Notes: generated from the letters alone by a model not told the origin. A DNA stretch of 28,427 nt from Erysipelotrichaceae bacterium MTC7 (GCA_001695645.1 LVZN01000021.1:1-28427), one strand, 5' to 3'. Positions 1-10,700 are shown, numbered from the stretch's first letter. Numbers and translations: made by a program.

Positions 1-165
1 AACAAATGGGGATGTCTAATTGCAGATCCAAAAACAGGAGCAACAACACGCGAAGGTGTGTTTGCAGGAGGAGATGCAGTAACCGGAGCCGCAACGGTTA
101 TTCTAGCCATGGGAGCTGGAAAAGAAGCAGCTGAAGCGATGGATGCGTATATCCAAAACAAATAA
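1..165 (+). CDS. 3' end of a GltD/SudA-like FAD-dependent NADPH oxidoreductase (glutamate synthase small-chain-like); 5' end lies outside the window
   Basis: Frame 1 reads ...REGVFAGGDAVTGAATVILAMGAGKEAAEAMDAYIQNK and stops at TAA 163-165. GVFAGGD...G..T...A...G..AA is the C-terminal FAD-binding signature of this family. Only 54 codons are visible. Confidence 0.55.
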   Translation, partial: NKWGCLIADPKTGATTREGVFAGGDAVTGAATVILAMGAGKEAAEAMDAYIQNK

Positions 166-272
166 AATGATACATTCTATCATTTATAATACTCATTCCT
201 ATGATATACTAAATATACTATTTGCTGTTTCAGGCAAATGTCGTATATGAATATTTGAAAAGAGGATTATAC

Positions 273-731
273 ATGAGAAAATTAACATACGGACTTGTTG
301 TTTTAGTACTTTTGGTGAGTGGCTGTCAAAGTAAAACGAAAAGTACGACGGTGTGCACCATTGCCCAAGATGAGATGAAAGTCACATTAACTTTGGATGC
401 TGAAGGTGATACCATTACCAAATTAACACAACAAGCAACAACCGATTTACAAACATCATTTGATCAAGGATTGTTAAATGAAGACAGTGTAAAACAAAGT
501 GCAGACGCTGTAAAAGAGAAGTTGAGTAAACTTAAAGGAGCGAGCTACAAATACACGCTTAAAAAGACAACGCTTGACGAAACTAGCGTTTTTGATTTAA
601 CAAAAGCCGATATTGATGAATTAATCGATGCTAAAATATTAGAAATCGAAGGTAGTACTGAAAAAGGACTTAGTTTAAAGAAATCTGTGGCCAATTATAA
701 AGAACAAGGATTGACTTGTAAAACAAAGTAA
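273..731 (+). CDS. Small lipoprotein, YehR/DUF1307-like
   Basis: ATG at 273 is preceded by aaaagaGGAtt. The N-terminus MRKLTYGLVVLVLLVSGCQSK has a lipobox (LVSGC). The size and the K/T/D-rich mature part resemble DUF1307 lipoproteins. The track ORF start at 222 is a TTG extension. Confidence 0.7.
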   Translation: MRKLTYGLVVLVLLVSGCQSKTKSTTVCTIAQDEMKVTLTLDAEGDTITKLTQQATTDLQTSFDQGLLNEDSVKQSADAVKEKLSKLKGASYKYTLKKTTLDETSVFDLTKADIDELIDAKILEIEGSTEKGLSLKKSVANYKEQGLTCKTK

Positions 732-769
732 TTGTGTTACAATAATTAACAATACAGCTTAGATTTGGA

Positions 770-985
770 GTAGTAATTTCTTTATTTATTGTAGAGAGCA
801 AGTGGTTGGTGAAAACTTGTATAAAGATGGAGATGAACTCACCAAGGAGCTAATCGTAAGACATAAGCGATTCGTGTTTCGAGCGATAATCGAAAATGAA
901 GGTGCATATAGATGTTTTCTATATGAACTAAGGTGGTACCGCGTATATAACGTCCTTAGATGAATTTCTAAGGGCGTTTTTATTT
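770..985 (+). promoter_or_regulatory. T-box riboswitch leader, leucine-specific (CUC specifier), with intrinsic terminator
   Basis: AGAGA box at about 793. GGUGAAA distal motif at about 806. Candidate specifier GAA-CUC-A, with CUC at 838-840 followed by a purine. Canonical T-box sequence AGGTGGTACCGCG at 931-943. Terminator hairpin CGTCCTTAGA/TCTAAGGGCG at 951-976 followed by TTTTTATTTT. Possible promoter TTGTAA (716-721), 16-nt spacer, TGT-TACAAT (738-743). Confidence 0.85.
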
Positions 986-1004
986 TAGTTAAAGGAGAAA
1001 AAAT

Positions 1005-3404
1005 ATGGTATTTGATTACAAAACAATTGAAACAAAGTGGCGTAAATATTGGAAAGATAACGACACATTCAAAACCGATGTATGGGATTTTAGCAAACCA
1101 AAATTCTACGCATTAGATATGTTTCCATATCCATCTGGACAAGGACTTCATGTTGGTCACCCAGAAGGTTATACAGCAACGGATGTTGTAAGTCGATTAA
1201 AAAGAATGCAAGGGTATAACGTCTTGCATCCCATGGGGTTTGACTCATTTGGTTTGCCAGCAGAACAATATGCAATTTCTACTGGAAATCATCCAAATGG
1301 ATTCACTGAAGCAAACATTAAAATCTTTTCTGAACAACTACAGTTGTTGGGATTCTCATACGATTGGGATAAATCGTTTGCTACTAGTGATCCTGCTTAC
1401 TACAAATGGACACAGTGGATTTTTGAACAATTGTACAAAGACAACTTAGTGAAATATGTAGATATGCCAGTAAACTGGTGTGAAGAGTTGGGAACCGTAC
1501 TTGCAAATGACGAAGTGATTGATGGAAAAAGTGAACGTGGGGGATATCCAGTTGTTCGCATCAATATGAAACAATGGGCAATTGATATTCCTGCGTATGC
1601 TGAAAAACTACTTGATGGTTTGGAAGAACTTGATTGGCCAAAATCAACCAAAGAAATGCAACGAAACTGGATTGGGAAAAGTGTTGGAGCACATGTTGAC
1701 TTCAAAGTTGCTGGTGCTGATGCATCATTTACTGTTTTTACAACACGCCCAGATACATTGTTTGGTGCTACCTATTGCGTACTTTCACCAGAACATGTTC
1801 TTGTTGATCAAATTACAAGTGAAGCGCAAAAAGAAGCGGTTGCTGCCTACAAAAAAGTTTGTGCAAGTAAATCGGATCTTGAACGTACCGAATTAAACAA
1901 AGAAAAAACCGGTGTATTTACCGGCGCATATGCAATCAATCCAGTCAATGGTGCAGAAGTTCCAATTTGGATTGCCGACTATGTACTTGCAGGATATGGC
2001 ACTGGAGCAATTATGGCTGTACCAGCACATGATGAACGTGACTATGAATTCGCTAAAAAATATGGACTCGACATCGTTGCTGTTTTAGAAGGTGGAAACA
2101 TTGAAGAAGCTGCTTATGTGGAAGATGGTGTGCATATCAATTCTGGATTCTTAGATGGTATGAACAAAGAAGATGCCATCCAAACTATGATTGCTTGGTT
2201 GGAAGATAAAAAACTAGGTACAAAACACATCAATTACCGTTTGCGTGAATGGATTTTTGCGCGTCAACGTTACTGGGGAGAACCAATTCCTGTTGTACAT
2301 ATGGAAGATGGAACACAAAAACTAGTTCCAGAAGACCAACTTCCACTTGTGTTACCAGAACTTGAAGACTACAGTCCAAGTAAAAGTGGTTCTTCACCAT
2401 TAGAAAAAGCAACGGACTGGGTTCATGTTGAAATCGATGGACAAAAAGGAAAGCGTGAAACAAGTACTATGCCAGGTAGTGCTGGATCAAGTTGGTATTT
2501 CTTACGCTACATTGATCCACATAACGACAAAGCACTAGGGGATCCAAAATTATTGGAACACTGGATGCCGGTTGATTTATATGTTGGTGGTCCTGAACAT
2601 GCAGTTGGTCACTTGCTTTATGCAAGAATGTGGAACCGTTACTTATTTGATAAAGGTATCGCACCAACAAGTGAACCGTTTAAAAAATTGGTTCACCAAG
2701 GAATGATTCTTGGTGAAAACAATATGAAGATGGGTAAACGTTACCCAGAATACGTAGTAAACCCTAACGATATCGTAGAAGATTATGGTGCGGATACACT
2801 TCGTTTATACGAAATGTTTATGGGTCCATTGGAAGCGGATAAACCATGGAGTACAAGTGGCGTTGAAGGAGCACATCGTTTCTTAGTTCGTGTTTATCGT
2901 TTATTTACAGAAGAGGGGAAAATAAGCGACAGTGAAAATGCAAACTTGGATAAGGTGTATCACCAAACCGTCAAAAAAGTCACTGATGACTATGAAAGTT
3001 TAAATTTCAACACAGCTATTTCGCAAATGATGATTTTCATCAATGCCGTGTATAAAGAAAATGTATTCCCTAAAGCGTACGCTGAAGGGTTTGCAAAAAT
3101 GCTATATCCAATAGCACCTCACTTAGGTGAAGAGTTATGGAATGTTATACTAAAACATGAAGATACCATTACGTATGAGCCATGGCCAACTTACGATGAA
3201 GCGATGTTGGTTGAAGATGAACTTGAAATCATTGTTCAAGTAAATGGTAAATTGCGTGGTAAGTTCACCATCGCAAACGGATCAAGTGATGATGCAATTA
3301 AAGAAAAAGCATTGGCACTGGAATCGATTCAAAGTTTTATTGAAGGGAAAGAATTACGAAAAGTCATCGTAATCAAAAACAAATTAGTGAATATCGTTGT
3401 GTAA
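1005..3404 (+). CDS. leuS: Leucyl-tRNA synthetase
   Basis: 799-aa ORF. Class I HIGH region [21 protein letters not shown]-like loop NMKMGKRY followed by [15 protein letters not shown] aaAGGAGaaaaaatATG. Sits directly behind the Leu T-box. Confidence 0.97.
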   Translation: MVFDYKTIETKWRKYWKDNDTFKTDVWDFSKPKFYALDMFPYPSGQGLHVGHPEGYTATDVVSRLKRMQGYNVLHPMGFDSFGLPAEQYAISTGNHPNGFTEANIKIFSEQLQLLGFSYDWDKSFATSDPAYYKWTQWIFEQLYKDNLVKYVDMPVNWCEELGTVLANDEVIDGKSERGGYPVVRINMKQWAIDIPAYAEKLLDGLEELDWPKSTKEMQRNWIGKSVGAHVDFKVAGADASFTVFTTRPDTLFGATYCVLSPEHVLVDQITSEAQKEAVAAYKKVCASKSDLERTELNKEKTGVFTGAYAINPVNGAEVPIWIADYVLAGYGTGAIMAVPAHDERDYEFAKKYGLDIVAVLEGGNIEEAAYVEDGVHINSGFLDGMNKEDAIQTMIAWLEDKKLGTKHINYRLREWIFARQRYWGEPIPVVHMEDGTQKLVPEDQLPLVLPELEDYSPSKSGSSPLEKATDWVHVEIDGQKGKRETSTMPGSAGSSWYFLRYIDPHNDKALGDPKLLEHWMPVDLYVGGPEHAVGHLLYARMWNRYLFDKGIAPTSEPFKKLVHQGMILGENNMKMGKRYPEYVVNPNDIVEDYGADTLRLYEMFMGPLEADKPWSTSGVEGAHRFLVRVYRLFTEEGKISDSENANLDKVYHQTVKKVTDDYESLNFNTAISQMMIFINAVYKENVFPKAYAEGFAKMLYPIAPHLGEELWNVILKHEDTITYEPWPTYDEAMLVEDELEIIVQVNGKLRGKFTIANGSSDDAIKEKALALESIQSFIEGKELRKVIVIKNKLVNIVV

Positions 3405-3424
3405 TGTAATAGGAGGAAAAGTTT

Positions 3425-5104
3425 ATGAACTTTAAAAAGTACAAGCGTGGTTACTTTATGCCACCAGAACCTTGTTTCGACTGGGTGAAAAAAGAATATA
3501 TTGACCAAGCACCAACATGGTGTTCGGTAGATTTACGTGATGGGAATCAAAGTTTAATCATTCCGATGAGTTTGGATGAGAAGTTAAAGTTCTTTGACAT
3601 GCTCGTAAAGGTTGGATTTAAAGAAATCGAGGTAGGATTTCCAGCAGCAAGTGAAACAGAATATCAGTTTTTACGTACGTTGATTGAACAAAATTTAATT
3701 CCTGATGATGTAACTGTGCAAGTACTTACACAAGCTCGTGAACATATCATTAAAAGAACATTTGAAGCACTTGAAGGTTGTAAAAAAGCGGTTGTGCATG
3801 TATATAACTCAACGAGTTTGGCACAACGTGAACAAGTGTTTCGCAAGTCAAAAGAAGAAATCTTAACGATTGCGACAAATGGAGCTAAACTATTAAAAGA
3901 TTTGGCTAAAGATGCAAAAGGAGATATTCGTTTTGAATATTCTCCTGAAAGCTTTACCGGAACAGAAATGGAGTACGCACTTGAAGTATGTAATGCTGTG
4001 CTTGATGTTTGGCAACCAACCGTGGATAAAAAAGCAATCATTAACTTACCAGTTACGGTGGAGATGAGTATGCCTCATGTTTACGCCTCACAAATTGAAT
4101 ACATGGATAAACATCTTAAGTATCGTGAAGCTGTAGAAATCAGTTTGCATCCACATAACGATCGTGGTTGTGGTGTTGCGGATAGTGAACTTGGTTTACT
4201 TGCTGGAGCAGACCGTATTGAAGGTACATTGTTTGGAAATGGGGAACGCACAGGAAATGTGGATATCGTAACTTTAGCGTTAAACATGTTTACCCATGGA
4301 GTTGATCCTAAGCTGGACTTTAGCAACATCAACGAAATTGTCTCTGTATATGAAGAAGTAACACGCATGCGTGTCTATGACCGGCAACCATATGCAGGAA
4401 AACTTGTGTTTGCGGCATTCTCAGGAAGTCACCAAGATGCCATTGCGAAGGGCTTAAAACACCGTGAGGAAATGAACAGTGAAATTTGGAGTGTTCCATA
4501 TTTACCAATTGATCCAAAAGATGTTGGACGCGAATATGAAAGTGATGTGATTCGTATCAACTCCCAATCTGGTAAAGGTGGTATTGGTTACTTGATGGAA
4601 GAGTATTATGGATTTGATTTACCGAAACGTTTCCGTGAAGGATTTGGTTACTACATCAAAGACATTTCCGATAAAAAACATGCGGAACTTATGCCAAATG
4701 AAATCAAAGATATCTTTGAAAAAGACTTTGTGAACTTACAAGCACCTTTGGAATTGATTGACTATCACTTCACGCGTAATGGTGAAATTTCTGTTGAAGT
4801 GGAAGTCTCATACAAAGGTGAACATAAAATGTGTAAAGGACGAGGTAATGGTCGTTTGGATGCGGTTGCCAATGCCTTTAGAGATAACTTAGGCTTAACC
4901 TTTGATGTGGTTGATTACAACGAACATTCTTTAGGAAAAGGAAGTGCATCGAAAGCTTGTGCCTACGTGGAAATAAACGATTGTGTTAATGTAGACCGTT
5001 TTGGAGTGGGAATCCATGATGATATCATCGCTGCGAGTATTCAAGCGATGGTGAGTGCATTGAACCGCGCAATAAACGAGAAAGCAAAAAATGAGGGGGA
5101 ATAA
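3425..5104 (+). CDS. leuA: 2-isopropylmalate synthase (long form with C-terminal regulatory domain)
   Basis: 559 aa. Motifs LRDGNQS, HPHNDRGCGVA and GTLFGNGERTGN (HMGL-like barrel). RBS tAGGAGGaaaagtttATG lies only 20 nt after the leuS stop. Confidence 0.93.
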   Translation: MNFKKYKRGYFMPPEPCFDWVKKEYIDQAPTWCSVDLRDGNQSLIIPMSLDEKLKFFDMLVKVGFKEIEVGFPAASETEYQFLRTLIEQNLIPDDVTVQVLTQAREHIIKRTFEALEGCKKAVVHVYNSTSLAQREQVFRKSKEEILTIATNGAKLLKDLAKDAKGDIRFEYSPESFTGTEMEYALEVCNAVLDVWQPTVDKKAIINLPVTVEMSMPHVYASQIEYMDKHLKYREAVEISLHPHNDRGCGVADSELGLLAGADRIEGTLFGNGERTGNVDIVTLALNMFTHGVDPKLDFSNINEIVSVYEEVTRMRVYDRQPYAGKLVFAAFSGSHQDAIAKGLKHREEMNSEIWSVPYLPIDPKDVGREYESDVIRINSQSGKGGIGYLMEEYYGFDLPKRFREGFGYYIKDISDKKHAELMPNEIKDIFEKDFVNLQAPLELIDYHFTRNGEISVEVEVSYKGEHKMCKGRGNGRLDAVANAFRDNLGLTFDVVDYNEHSLGKGSASKACAYVEINDCVNVDRFGVGIHDDIIAASIQAMVSALNRAINEKAKNEGE

Positions 5105-5107
5105 ACT

Positions 5108-6376
5108 ATGGGTATGACAATGTCACAAAAGATCTTAGCAGCACATGCGGGTCTAGAACGTGTAGAACCAGGTCAGTTAATTATGGCGAACTTGGACATG
5201 GTGTTAGGGAATGATATTACCACACCAGTTGCAATCAACGAATTTGAAAAACATGATTTTGATAAGGTGTTTCACAAGGACAAAATTTCAATTGTGCTTG
5301 ACCACTTTACGCCAAATAAAGATATTAAAGCAGCAACACAAAGTAAACAATGTCGTTGTTTTGCAAAAGATCAAGCAATTACGAATTTCTATGATGTAGG
5401 ACAAATGGGAGTTGAACATTCATTACTACCAGAAAAAGGAATTGTTACATGCGGTGATTTGGTCATTGGGGCTGATTCACATACCTGTACGTATGGAGCG
5501 CTTGGAGCGTTTTCAACAGGTGTAGGAAGCACGGATATGGCTGCTGGAATGGCAACTGGACGTGCTTGGTTTAAAGTGCCTAGTGCAATTAAATTCAACC
5601 TTACCGGAAAACTAAACAAAGACATTAGCGGAAAAGATGTTATCTTACATATCATTTCAAAAATTGGTGTGGATGGAGCACTTTACCGCTCCATGGAATT
5701 TGTGGGTGATGGCATTCAAAATTTAACGATGGATGATCGTTTCTGTATTGCCAACATGGCAATTGAAGCAGGAGCTAAAAATGGAATCTTCCCAGTTGAT
5801 GAACAAACATTAGCCTATGTTGAAGGACGTGGCGAACGTACACCTGCCATCTTTACAGCAGATGAAGATGCTGTATACGATGAAGTTTACGACATTGACT
5901 TGGCAAGTATTGAACATACTGTGGCATTTCCACACTTACCAGAAAATGGAAAAACACCAAGTGAATGGGGCGATATTGTCATTGATCAAGTATACATTGG
6001 GTCTTGCACAAATGGACGCTACTCGGATATGGAAGTTGCAGCAAACATCTTAAAAGGACGTCACATTGCTGAGAACATTCGTTGTATTGTGATTCCAGCA
6101 ACCCAACAAATTTATAAAGATTGTATTAAAAACGGTCTTGTCGATATCTTTATTGATGCAGGATGTATTTTCTCAACACCAACATGTGGACCGTGTTTAG
6201 GTGGACATATGGGAATCCTTGCGGAAGGCGAACGTTGTGTAGGAACAAGTAACCGTAACTTCGTAGGTCGTATGGGACATCCAAAAAGTGAAGTGTATTT
6301 AGCTTCACCACAAGTTGCAGCAGCAAGCGCAATTGCTGGTAAACTAGCAACACCAGAAAGTGTTAAGGGGGAATAG
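5108..6376 (+). CDS. leuC: 3-isopropylmalate dehydratase large subunit
   Basis: 422 aa, aconitase family. Motifs GADSHT, GSCTNGR and [11 protein letters not shown] (Fe-S ligands). RBS GGGGGA lies 8 nt upstream. Confidence 0.93.
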   Translation: MGMTMSQKILAAHAGLERVEPGQLIMANLDMVLGNDITTPVAINEFEKHDFDKVFHKDKISIVLDHFTPNKDIKAATQSKQCRCFAKDQAITNFYDVGQMGVEHSLLPEKGIVTCGDLVIGADSHTCTYGALGAFSTGVGSTDMAAGMATGRAWFKVPSAIKFNLTGKLNKDISGKDVILHIISKIGVDGALYRSMEFVGDGIQNLTMDDRFCIANMAIEAGAKNGIFPVDEQTLAYVEGRGERTPAIFTADEDAVYDEVYDIDLASIEHTVAFPHLPENGKTPSEWGDIVIDQVYIGSCTNGRYSDMEVAANILKGRHIAENIRCIVIPATQQIYKDCIKNGLVDIFIDAGCIFSTPTCGPCLGGHMGILAEGERCVGTSNRNFVGRMGHPKSEVYLASPQVAAASAIAGKLATPESVKGE

Positions 6377-6377
6377 T

Positions 6378-6875
6378 ATGATTGCACAAGGAACTGTACA
6401 TAAGTATGGAGATAACGTTGATACAGATGTTATCATCCCAGCTCGTCATTTAAATACACAAGATGAAAAAGAATTAGCAAGTCATTGTATGGAAGATATT
6501 GATGCAGATTTCGTACATAAAGTAAAAGCAGGAGATATCATGGTTGGCCAAGCCAACTTTGGTTGTGGCTCAAGTCGTGAACACGCTCCAATTGCAATTA
6601 AAGCAAGTGGTATTTCATGTGTTATTGCATCAAGTTTTGCACGTATTTTTTACCGTAATGCCATTAACATTGGTTTGGCAATCATCGAAAGTCCTGAAGC
6701 TGCAAAAGAAATCAAAGATGGAGATCTTGTGAAAGTTGACTTTGATAAAGGAATCATTGTGAATGAAAGCCAAAACAAAGAATACACATTCCCTCCATTT
6801 CCTGAATTTATTCAAAAGATTATTTCAAGTAATGGATATCTGAATGCTATCAAGGAGGGAAAGTTTAATGATTAA
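6378..6875 (+). CDS. leuD: 3-isopropylmalate dehydratase small subunit
   Basis: ATG at 6378 follows GGGGGAatagt. Motif [15 protein letters not shown]. The track start at 6360 is an in-frame extension overlapping leuC. Confidence 0.92.
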   Translation: MIAQGTVHKYGDNVDTDVIIPARHLNTQDEKELASHCMEDIDADFVHKVKAGDIMVGQANFGCGSSREHAPIAIKASGISCVIASSFARIFYRNAINIGLAIIESPEAAKEIKDGDLVKVDFDKGIIVNESQNKEYTFPPFPEFIQKIISSNGYLNAIKEGKFND

Positions 6876-7941
6876 GAATATCGCAGTAATCAAAGGTGAT
6901 GGAATTGGACCTGAAATCGTTGATGAAGCTATCAAAGTGTTAAAAAAAGTTGAAGATGTGTATAAACATACATTTAACTTAAACTACGTAAAAGCCGGTG
7001 GGGAAGCCATTGATGCTTATGGTGAATGTTTACCTGAAGCAACAGTTGAAGCTTGTTTAGCAAGTGATTCTGTGCTTCTAGGAGCGGTTGGAGGTCCAAA
7101 GTATGATCTACAACCACCAAACAACCGTCCAGAAAAAGCGCTTTTAGGTATTCGTAGTCGTTTGGGGTTGTATTCAAATTTACGACCAGCCAAACTATTT
7201 GCAGAATTAAAAGATGCATCTCCATTAAAACCTGAAATTGTCGAAGCAGGAATTGACTTTATGGTCGTTCGTGAATTAACCGGTGGTGTATACTTTGGTG
7301 ATCATGTAACAACAAGTGAAAACGATGTAGAAGTTGCTTATGATGTGATGAAGTACTCTGCACCTGAAGTATTACGTATTGCGAAAGTAGCTTTTGAAAC
7401 AGCGATGGTACGTAATAAAAAACTTTGTTCGGTTGATAAAGCAAATGTTTTGGATTCTTCAAAATTATGGCGTAAGTATGTGCTAGAAGTTGCGAAAGAA
7501 TATCCTGAAGTTGAAGTTACACATATGTATGTCGATAATGCTGCCATGCAAATATGTAAAGATCCAGCACAATTTGATGTCATCCTAACGGAAAACATGT
7601 TTGGTGATATCTTAAGTGATGAAGCCAGTATGATTACAGGTACCATTGGTACGATTCCTTCAAGTTCTTTAGGTGAAGGAACGCGTGGAATGTATGAACC
7701 AATTCATGGTTCAGCACCTGATATCGCAGGTCAAAATAAAGCCAATCCAATTGGAACCATCTTATCTGTAGCAATGATGCTTAAGTATTCATTTCAAATG
7801 GAAAAAGAAGCACAAGCGATTGAATATGCAGTTCAAAGTGTATTGGCAGATGGCTATCGTACGGGAGATATGATGGACAAACAAACAACACTTGTTGGCT
7901 GTAAAGAAATGGGAGATCTTATTGTCGCTGCAATAGCTTAG
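6868..7941 (+). CDS. leuB: 3-isopropylmalate dehydrogenase
   Basis: [17 protein letters not shown]-terminus behind AAGGAGGGA. Motifs [15 protein letters not shown] and HGSAPDIAG. Overlaps leuD by 8 nt. Confidence 0.93.
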   Translation: MIKNIAVIKGDGIGPEIVDEAIKVLKKVEDVYKHTFNLNYVKAGGEAIDAYGECLPEATVEACLASDSVLLGAVGGPKYDLQPPNNRPEKALLGIRSRLGLYSNLRPAKLFAELKDASPLKPEIVEAGIDFMVVRELTGGVYFGDHVTTSENDVEVAYDVMKYSAPEVLRIAKVAFETAMVRNKKLCSVDKANVLDSSKLWRKYVLEVAKEYPEVEVTHMYVDNAAMQICKDPAQFDVILTENMFGDILSDEASMITGTIGTIPSSSLGEGTRGMYEPIHGSAPDIAGQNKANPIGTILSVAMMLKYSFQMEKEAQAIEYAVQSVLADGYRTGDMMDKQTTLVGCKEMGDLIVAAIA

Positions 7942-7945
7942 ATCT

Positions 7946-8614
7946 ATGGAACAAGTAAAAAAGGTTGAACGTAAATTTGCAGAAGGATATTGTTTCAAAA
8001 AGATATTCTGTCTGTTTCTAATAGGATGCATCGTTGGAACGTATTATGAAGAAATTCTAATGTTGTTTGAAATGCATAAATGGGTGAATCGTAGTGGATT
8101 AATTTATGGTCCATTCAACCCCGTATATGGACTTGGGTTTATTTTGTTTGTGGTCTTTCTTGGAAAGAACTATAAGAGTCGACCATGGTATATCAACTAT
8201 TTGTTGAGTTGCCTAATTGGTGGAGCAACAGAATTTGGTTTATCGTGGTTTGAAGAAGTTGCATTTCACGCAGAAAGTTGGGACTACACAGGATATTTTC
8301 TAAACATTGGAGGAAGAACAACAGTTCCTTTTATGTTAGTGTGGGGACTTGGTGGTATGTTGATTTTATATGTCATCTATCCATGGTTATCCAAGTGGAT
8401 TGAAAAAATACCTGTAACAATTGGAAATAAAGTTTATCCCATTGTTTTGATTTTTATGATTTTGAATATGTGTATTTCATATAGCGCATTGTTTCGACAA
8501 GGCATGCGCGATCAAGGAAAGGAGCCAATCACAATCGTTGGTGAAATTCTTGATGATATATATCCAGATACGTATATGCAAAAAGCGTATCCAAATTTAG
8601 TCGAAAAGAAATAA
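7946..8614 (+). CDS. Polytopic membrane protein, PF06541-like ('putative ABC-transporter type IV')
   Basis: 222 aa with several hydrophobic helices. The LIGCIVGTYYEEIL...GLIYGPFNPVYGLG pattern is typical of that family. Starts 4 nt after leuB with no obvious SD. Function unknown. Confidence 0.55.
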   Translation: MEQVKKVERKFAEGYCFKKIFCLFLIGCIVGTYYEEILMLFEMHKWVNRSGLIYGPFNPVYGLGFILFVVFLGKNYKSRPWYINYLLSCLIGGATEFGLSWFEEVAFHAESWDYTGYFLNIGGRTTVPFMLVWGLGGMLILYVIYPWLSKWIEKIPVTIGNKVYPIVLIFMILNMCISYSALFRQGMRDQGKEPITIVGEILDDIYPDTYMQKAYPNLVEKK

Positions 8615-8618
8615 GTAT

Positions 8619-8650
8619 AAAGACACGGTTCATGATAAACCGTGTCTTTA
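8619..8650 (+). terminator. Intrinsic terminator ending the leuS-leu operon
   Basis: AAAGACACGGTT-catgat-AAACCGTGTCTTT followed by ATTTAT. Confidence 0.7.
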
Positions 8651-8656
8651 TTTATG

Positions 8657-8686
8657 AAAAAAAGAAGTTCACTTGAACTTCTTTAC
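8657..8686 (-). terminator. Hairpin downstream of the minus-strand phosphoesterase gene
   Basis: AAGAAGTTCA-ct-TGAACTTCTT flanked by A/T runs. The loop is very short, so the real stem is probably shorter. Confidence 0.4.
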
Positions 8687-8696
8687 ATCTATGTAG

Positions 8697-9566
8697 TTAT
8701 TTTTTAGCATTTGTTAGACGATACATCAAGATTTCTGGATTTGAGAAGACTCGCATGTCAACATCGCTTGTTCCTAAACCATTGGAAATATGAATGGTTG
8801 TGGTTCCACGTGTATGTTTTCCACGTTCATATGTCTCTGCACCCTCAATTTTTGAGAAAGCTCCAAGAATCGGAATGGAGATTTGTCCACCGTGGGAATG
8901 TCCAGCCAGTGCAAGAGAGACAACGTTATCTGGTAGTTGCGTATAAATGTCAGGTGCATGTGTAAAGCTAATGACAAAACTATCCGCACTTACGTTGGTA
9001 AAGGCTGCTTGTAAGTTTGGAGCACCACCAAGCAAGGAATCAATACCAACTAGGGTAATGCTACTAGTTGTCCCGTTATGGACTCTTGTATTACGGTTTG
9101 TCATATCTTCAAAACCTGCATCGAACAGTAAGTTTTGTACCATAGTTTTCGCTTCTGGATGATCTGCAGGCATGTCTGCTTCACCAAGAACATAAAACTT
9201 ACCCAAAGGAGCATCTAATGAAAGCATAAGTGCTTTCACTTTTGCGATTTCTTCTGGTTTATCCATAAATGCACTTGGATCGCTAAACAAGTCACCACCA
9301 AATAAAATAATATCAGGTGCAGTTTTGTTGGTTTTGTCAATCATGTCTTGCATACGCTTTTCATCAACGAATTCACCATAGTGAATATCGCTAATATAGG
9401 CAACATTGATTTCATTCATGTCCGCAGGAATCTTCGTCGAATTAATGCTTTCATGTTTCACCTGGTAGTTTTCAGGTGCATAGTACATGGAATAGAATAG
9501 AATTCCAGCAAAGGCAATCACGATGACAAGAAGGACGATCAGTAATTTTAAAATACGTTCTTTCAT
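8697..9566 (-). CDS. Membrane-anchored metallophosphoesterase (calcineurin-like, YkuE-type)
   Basis: N-terminal TM LKLLIVLLVIVIAFAGILFY. Phosphoesterase motifs SDIHYG, GGDLF and GHSHGGQ. I prefer ATG 9566 over the track GTG 9572 (see the leaderless finding). Confidence 0.85.
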   Translation of the reverse strand: MKERILKLLIVLLVIVIAFAGILFYSMYYAPENYQVKHESINSTKIPADMNEINVAYISDIHYGEFVDEKRMQDMIDKTNKTAPDIILFGGDLFSDPSAFMDKPEEIAKVKALMLSLDAPLGKFYVLGEADMPADHPEAKTMVQNLLFDAGFEDMTNRNTRVHNGTTSSITLVGIDSLLGGAPNLQAAFTNVSADSFVISFTHAPDIYTQLPDNVVSLALAGHSHGGQISIPILGAFSKIEGAETYERGKHTRGTTTIHISNGLGTSDVDMRVFSNPEILMYRLTNAKK

Positions 9567-9611
9567 AGCCACTATTTTATCACACCCACACTCGAAGTGA
9601 AACTATTTGTA

Positions 9612-9639
9612 TTGAGATTGAAGTGAGATTTGGTATAAT
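9612..9639 (+). promoter_or_regulatory. Sigma-A type promoter with extended -10
   Basis: TTGAGA (9612-9617), 16-nt spacer, TGg-TATAAT (TG 9631-9632, TATAAT 9634-9639). Confidence 0.5.
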
Positions 9640-9646
9640 GAGTGAG

Positions 9647-10672
9647 ATGAAACTAAAAAGAGGACTATTGGTAGTCGTTCTTTGTGGGTTATTCTTGGTT
9701 TGTTTTAGTTTGTTGGATGATCAATACGATCCATTTGCTAGATACAAGAGTTACTTTACCAAAGAAAACGAAGCGATTATTCGTGAAACGATTACAGACA
9801 CAAATGATATCGATTATATTGTGCAACAAAAAATTAAACCTGAACAATATATGGAGTTTATTCAAATTCCAGGATTCACGGTGAAAAACATTCTTTGTTA
9901 TGAAGCGGCAATGAGAGAACAGCCAAGTGATCCAACAAGTATTGTTAATTTTGTAAATACCTATCGTAAGGATTATTCTGTGGCAGAATTTGAGCGTTTG
10001 GTCACAAACTACAAATATGCAAGTTTGGCTAGTTATTTTGATAATGGGTATTTGTATTTCAAAGACAGCAATTTGCTTTTGGACCCTGCAGAACCCTTGT
10101 TGTTGTTAAAGGATAAAAACATTGTGATTGATTATGCACCTAAAAACCTTGTTGGTGTTGATTTTTCAATCATTGGTTCAGCATCGATTGTACCAGGAGA
10201 AGAACAAGTGCATGTACGTGAAGAAGTGATTGAACCACTTACAACAATGATGCAAGAGTTCACAAAAGTGGAACCTAATAACGTTGGAAAACTTCTATTA
10301 ACAAGTGGATATATTTCTTATACCAATCAAATAGAGTTTTGGAAAAATGCACAAATTCAACATGGAACGGTTGATTTTAAACGTTACAACGATTATCCTG
10401 GACAAAGTGAAAATCAATTGGGCTTTTCAATCACCTTAAAGATCGTTGGAAAAGATAAGGTAGAAGATATCGAAGCTTCTGAAGAATACAAATGGTTAAA
10501 AGAAAATGCTTATAAATATGGATTTACCTTCCGATATCCGTTAGATAAAGAGCAAGTGACTGGAAAAAGCTATCAACCATTAACGTTACGTTATGTTGGA
10601 AAAAGCAATGCAACAGAGTTATACAATAGTAAAAAAGTATTGGAAGAAATTAAACCAAAAGAAATTGATTAA
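9647..10672 (+). CDS. VanY / peptidase M15B-like membrane-anchored protein with degenerate active site
   Basis: TM LLVVVLCGLFLVCFSLL. C-terminal region aligns by eye to VanY blocks: YAPKNLV, SGYISY, PGQSENQLGFSIT, WLKENAYKYGFTFRYP, YQPLTLRYVG. The start is uncertain (GTG 9623, ATG 9638 or ATG 9647). I chose 9647 because the strong promoter's -10 covers 9634-9639. Confidence 0.75.
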   Translation: MKLKRGLLVVVLCGLFLVCFSLLDDQYDPFARYKSYFTKENEAIIRETITDTNDIDYIVQQKIKPEQYMEFIQIPGFTVKNILCYEAAMREQPSDPTSIVNFVNTYRKDYSVAEFERLVTNYKYASLASYFDNGYLYFKDSNLLLDPAEPLLLLKDKNIVIDYAPKNLVGVDFSIIGSASIVPGEEQVHVREEVIEPLTTMMQEFTKVEPNNVGKLLLTSGYISYTNQIEFWKNAQIQHGTVDFKRYNDYPGQSENQLGFSITLKIVGKDKVEDIEASEEYKWLKENAYKYGFTFRYPLDKEQVTGKSYQPLTLRYVGKSNATELYNSKKVLEEIKPKEID

Positions 10673-10700
10673 ATCAAATCAACTTTTGGTTTTTTTTTTA
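10652..10700 (+). terminator. Intrinsic terminator overlapping the stop of the VanY-like gene
   Basis: AAACCAAAAG (10652-10661) pairs with CTTTTGGTTT (10683-10692) and is followed by a T-run. The loop is about 21 nt. Confidence 0.55.
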
